A DNA stretch of 64,000 nucleotides from Chloroflexota bacterium (GTDB lineage: Bacteria > Chloroflexota > UBA11872 > UBA12225): contig SHXX01000004.1 of assembly GCA_009693165.1 (NCBI GenBank), forward strand, positions 1,829-65,828, written 5' to 3'. Position 1 is the first letter of the stretch. The number at the start of each line of letters is the position of its first letter. The notes under the pieces are model-generated. The model saw only the letters and a list, made by a program, of their open reading frames with translations, had not been told where the DNA came from and did no database searches. The position numbers were made by a program, and so were the translations under genes. Positions 60,085 through 64,000 of the stretch are shown here, one piece after another.

Positions 60085-62733
60085 ATGATCGTGGCGATTT
60101 GGTGGTGGCTTGTTGTGCAGGTCATATCCATTGCCACGCTTCCCGCCAGTTTCAGGTTTTTCCATCCGTTTGCGGATCGCGGGTATGCACTGAACAAGAC
60201 CGTCGCCCTCGTGGCATTTGGTTTCGTCTCGTGGTGGCTCGGCGTAACGGGCCTCCTTGAAAACCAGGCATCGACAAGCTTGATTGTCATTGTCGCTCTT
60301 GGCGCAGGGAGTTGGTGGAGTGCGGGCAATCTCCGCCGTGATTTGCAGGTATTCATGGCGCGACGCCAGGGCCTACTCCTGCTTCAGGAAGCCATCTTTG
60401 CGATCGCGTTTGTTGGGTTTCTGCTGATCCGTTCGCACGCGGCTGATATTGCCGGGACTGAGAAGTTCATGGACTTCGCATTCCTGAATTCGGTGGCCAG
60501 ATCAGCCTATTTCCCACCGATTGACCCTTGGCTCTCGCCTGCATCTGGAATGCCGAACCCGACCGTCAATTACTACTACTTTGGGTACCTCGTCCACGGC
60601 TTGTTGATCCAACTGGCCGGTGTGCTTCCGGGAGAGGGGTTCAATCTGGCATTGGCCACCGTTTTCGCGTTGGCTGCAGTTGGCATCTTCAGCGTCGGCT
60701 ACACACCCACCCGTGATATTGCAGGCGGGTGGTCGCGGTCAAACCTAATCGTTCGCACAAGGACTGAACTCCCGCGGGGAGGGTGGGCCCTGGATGCGGC
60801 CTGGCCATACGTGGTCGCAGGCTTGGGATCGGTGTTCATGGTCCTCATTGGGGGCAACTTGTGGACAGTCTTGAGACGCATCGACGGCAGTGGCATGTGG
60901 CAGAAGGATTTCTGGGGCGGGATTGGATGGAATGCAACCCGGGTCCTTGTCATCAGGGATGGTGACCGGGACATCGACTACACAATCAACGAGTTCCCGG
61001 CCTTCAGTTTCCTTCTTGGCGACTTGCATCCACACGTGATGGCTTTGCCATTTACCGTACTCGCGGTTGGCATCGCATACAGGTGGCTGGTCCATCCACC
61101 GGTGTTGTTTCGGTGGGCCACAGGCGTCTCCGTGGCTGGTCGAGGAGTGCCTTCAAGGTCTGGATTAGGCGTCCCGGGGGCGGGGGCCGGACCCGAAATG
61201 CCGCCGTGGCGGCAGGCATTCGCGCGGCTCAATCCGATATGGGAAGTCTTGCCCGTCGCGGCGCTTGTTGCGGTTCTCTACTTTGCAAACAGTTGGGACT
61301 TCCCGGCGTACTTCCTGCTCATTTGCGCCGCGGGCATTGTCGGGGCCTGGCCCCGTCATGCCGACGCGGACGAAACTGGTCCCGGCACATCGCCTTTCAG
61401 GATCATTTTCCGAACCATGTGCGTTGTTACAGGCACTGCGGTCTTGTCAGGCTTGCTGGTCTTCCCGTTCCTCGCGTCATTCACTCCACCGGTTGTCTCA
61501 GGCCCGGGTGAGATGCCGATTGGGTTCGTCTCACAACGAAGTCTGCTGTCGCAGTTCATTCAATTCTGGGGATTGCAGATTGCGTGGGTAGTGCCGCCAC
61601 TCTGGATTGTTGGCAAGAATATTGCCGGTTCCGTCCGCCAAGGGATCCGGTCGTACGCGGTACCCATCGGCAGTGCAGTGCTTGTCGGCCTGATCGCGGT
61701 GCTTGAGTTACGTGGAGCTGGCACCTACGCGTTGGCCGTGACGCTCGCGGGTCTCTCGATCTACGGCGCACTTCAGGCAGTGTTCCCGGCTGCCCCTAGG
61801 TCGGGGGGCGGTGACAATCAATCCACAACTCAGGGAGATGTCGTTCCAGAGGCCTTGCGAGGTGGGCGCGGCCTCGGGTTCGCACTGGCCATTCTCGGGA
61901 CGGCATTTGCTCTGCTTGCGGTCTGCGAGGTCTTCTACATCCGTGACTTCTACGGTGGCTCGCTCCGTCGAATGAACACCGTGTTCAAGCTCTACTATCA
62001 ATCGTGGCTCATGATCGGCGTGGCCGGCGGGCCGCTTGCGTACTGGGTCATTCGTCAGACCAGTGAATCGGCAGGTGAGGTTGCCCGCGCCGGGTCCTAC
62101 TTGCTCTGGCGGCTTGTTGTTCCGGCGATGATGGCTTTTGGGATCGTAATCATCGGTGGCATGCTGGTGTATCCGTTGAAGGTGACCGGGTTGCGAACCA
62201 ATGCGTTTGCAAACGAGCCAGTTCTGGACGGCATGGACTGGATGCGCAAGTTTCATCCGGAGGACTACGCAGCGGCGCGATGGCTTTGCGAAAACGGGGT
62301 CGAAGGCTCGGGAACAAGGGCTCCGGTTATTCTGGAAGCGTCCGGCGGGCCATATAGCGAATATGCCAGGTTCTCCACCCAGTCAGGCTTTCCAACGGTG
62401 CTCGGGTGGGACCAGCATGAACGTCTCTGGCGGGGTGACCGCATCAATGCGGAGATTGACCGACGGAAACGGGACGTCGAACTGGTCTATCGCAGCCAGT
62501 CCGCCACCGAAGCCCGGCAGGTTCTTGAGACGTATGGCGTGACGTACCTGGTAGTTGGCTACCTGGAGAGGCAAGCCTATGGCGGGCCTGGTCTATCGAA
62601 GTTTGATCAGCCTGAATTGGGGCTCACCCAAGTGTTTCGTGAGGGCCAGACGACGGTCTACGCCACCGGGATCCCACCGCTCAGTCGGGATGCAGCCAAT
62701 GGTCAGGTACCGGCCGTTCAGAACTCGAAATGA
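60085..62733 (+). CDS. DUF2298 / Chlor_Arch_YYY-type GT-C membrane protein
   Basis: GTEKFMDFAFLNS, PPIDPW, NYYYFGY, INEFP..GDLHPH, NSWDFP, RMNTVFKLYY, LGWDQHE..WR; start uncertain (60037 or 60085). Confidence 0.85.
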   Translation: MIVAIWWWLVVQVISIATLPASFRFFHPFADRGYALNKTVALVAFGFVSWWLGVTGLLENQASTSLIVIVALGAGSWWSAGNLRRDLQVFMARRQGLLLLQEAIFAIAFVGFLLIRSHAADIAGTEKFMDFAFLNSVARSAYFPPIDPWLSPASGMPNPTVNYYYFGYLVHGLLIQLAGVLPGEGFNLALATVFALAAVGIFSVGYTPTRDIAGGWSRSNLIVRTRTELPRGGWALDAAWPYVVAGLGSVFMVLIGGNLWTVLRRIDGSGMWQKDFWGGIGWNATRVLVIRDGDRDIDYTINEFPAFSFLLGDLHPHVMALPFTVLAVGIAYRWLVHPPVLFRWATGVSVAGRGVPSRSGLGVPGAGAGPEMPPWRQAFARLNPIWEVLPVAALVAVLYFANSWDFPAYFLLICAAGIVGAWPRHADADETGPGTSPFRIIFRTMCVVTGTAVLSGLLVFPFLASFTPPVVSGPGEMPIGFVSQRSLLSQFIQFWGLQIAWVVPPLWIVGKNIAGSVRQGIRSYAVPIGSAVLVGLIAVLELRGAGTYALAVTLAGLSIYGALQAVFPAAPRSGGGDNQSTTQGDVVPEALRGGRGLGFALAILGTAFALLAVCEVFYIRDFYGGSLRRMNTVFKLYYQSWLMIGVAGGPLAYWVIRQTSESAGEVARAGSYLLWRLVVPAMMAFGIVIIGGMLVYPLKVTGLRTNAFANEPVLDGMDWMRKFHPEDYAAARWLCENGVEGSGTRAPVILEASGGPYSEYARFSTQSGFPTVLGWDQHERLWRGDRINAEIDRRKRDVELVYRSQSATEARQVLETYGVTYLVVGYLERQAYGGPGLSKFDQPELGLTQVFREGQTTVYATGIPPLSRDAANGQVPAVQNSK

Positions 62734-63503
62734 CGGCAGATCCACCGCAGGTCAATCCGGCTCCACCGGCTAGTTCAGCACGGCAGATTGATCCGCGGGA
62801 TATCTGCATTGTCCTACCGACCTACAATGAAGCGGAGAATATCGAGCCGATGGTCTCGGCTCTTCTCGGTCTCGTTCCACAGGTCCGGATCCATGTTGTT
62901 GACGATGCGTCCCCCGACGGTACCGGCGCAATTGCCGACCGCCTCGCCCAGGCCAACCCGGGCCGGGTAACCGTGCTGCACCGTAATGCCAAGACCGGTC
63001 TTGGTGATGCGTATATCGCTGGTTTTCGTGACGCACTAGCGTCAGGTGCCGAATTGATCTTTGAGATGGATGCGGATTTCTCGCATCCGATCACCGCAAT
63101 CGGCCCGATGATCAGCCTTTCGATTGACCATGATGTCGTGGTTGGATCGCGATACGTGAATGGCGGAAGCCTGGATCGAAAATGGAGCATCAGCCGACGC
63201 CTCCTGAGTTGGGGTGGCAACCAATACGCCAGAATGATTACGGGCCTGCGGGTGAACGATACGACGGCGGGGTTCAAGTGCTTCCGTCGCGATGCACTGC
63301 TCAAGGTCCCGCTGGATCAAGTCCGGTCGCAAGGCTACAACTTCCAGATTGAAATGGCCCTGCGGTGCCAGAAGGCTGGTCTCCGGGTCGTGGAGTATCC
63401 GATCCATTTCAGCGAACGGACGCGCGGAACGTCGAAAATGACCCCGTCAATTGCCATCGAAGCACTTTGGCGCATCCTCCAACTCAGGATCCTGGTCGGG
63501 TAG
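62730..63503 (+). CDS. Polyprenol monophosphomannose synthase (Ppm1/DPM1-like GT2)
   Basis: [61 protein letters not shown]. Confidence 0.9.
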   Translation: MTADPPQVNPAPPASSARQIDPRDICIVLPTYNEAENIEPMVSALLGLVPQVRIHVVDDASPDGTGAIADRLAQANPGRVTVLHRNAKTGLGDAYIAGFRDALASGAELIFEMDADFSHPITAIGPMISLSIDHDVVVGSRYVNGGSLDRKWSISRRLLSWGGNQYARMITGLRVNDTTAGFKCFRRDALLKVPLDQVRSQGYNFQIEMALRCQKAGLRVVEYPIHFSERTRGTSKMTPSIAIEALWRILQLRILVG

Positions 63504-63715
63504 GTCCGGGGGCGGTCTTGTGCCGTTTGGCAAGCGTGCTGGCCCGCAACTCCCAGAGGTCTCAGAACAGGGACACAATCTGCGTAGCTGCAACTTGTCA
63601 GAACGTTTCTAGGCCGTGTCTTTCGGGGTTGACGGCATTCGTGGGTGCCAAGGACGCCCGGCCACTCACGGTACCCTTCAATCGGTTGGATGACCGGTCC
63701 GATCGAGAATTCACG

Positions 63716-64000
63716 ATGGAAGCGCGAACTCCAATGATCAACGCGGATCAAACGAACCTCATTCCCGCCACCGACCTGCCGTGGTCGGTCATGCCTGCGA
63801 AACGAACCCACACGTGCGGCGATCTGCGCGCCGTGGACTCTGGTGCCGACGTTGTGCTGCACGGCTGGGTCCACCGCCGACGTGACCACGGGGGCCTGAT
63901 TTTCATCGACCTGCGTGACAGGTACGGACTGACACAGGTCACGTTTGACCCCAACCGAAACCCACACGGTCACTCCACTGCTGAGGGGCTCCGCAACGAA
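63716..64000 (+). CDS. aspS: Aspartate--tRNA ligase, 5' part (runs off the window; absent from the ORF track)
   Basis: Manual translation gives [10 protein letters not shown]...[29 protein letters not shown]; start could be 63716, 63734 or 63791. Confidence 0.92.
   Translation, partial: MEARTPMINADQTNLIPATDLPWSVMPAKRTHTCGDLRAVDSGADVVLHGWVHRRRDHGGLIFIDLRDRYGLTQVTFDPNRNPHGHSTAEGLRNE

Noticed and set aside
63503-63716. Possible T-box upstream of aspS (also looked for upstream of pheS)
   Set aside because: No GGTGGnACC bulge or Stem I motifs; pheS overlaps trmH directly

Overview
A GC-rich bacterial chromosomal segment, most consistent with Chloroflexota (T-box riboswitches, Tat-lipoprotein sugar-binding proteins with Ala/Pro/Thr linkers, DUF2298/YYY and TIGR03663-type membrane proteins). 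The first ~39 kb is mostly housekeeping: galE, a rhomboid protease, a sugar ABC module, pheT-pheS-trmH-rplT-rpmI, ribokinase, a rifampin-phosphotransferase-like PEP-utilizer, thrS (Thr T-box), tyrA, nfo, nadA (perfect Rex box), tig-clpP-clpX and an ilvBNC-leuACDB-cimA operon (Leu T-box). A thioredoxin-fold gene that the ORF track splits in two is very probably one selenoprotein (UxxC plus SECIS). Positions 39.4-63.5 kb hold a large polyprenol-phosphate-sugar glycosylation locus: six GT-C-type membrane genes carrying seven GT-C modules (some with oligosaccharyltransferase-like soluble domains), two DPM1-like GT2s, a flippase-like protein, a methyltransferase and an acyltransferase. The window ends in the 5' part of aspS. 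No rRNA, tRNA, CRISPR array or mobile element was recognised. All family assignments come from motif recognition by eye, not from database searches.
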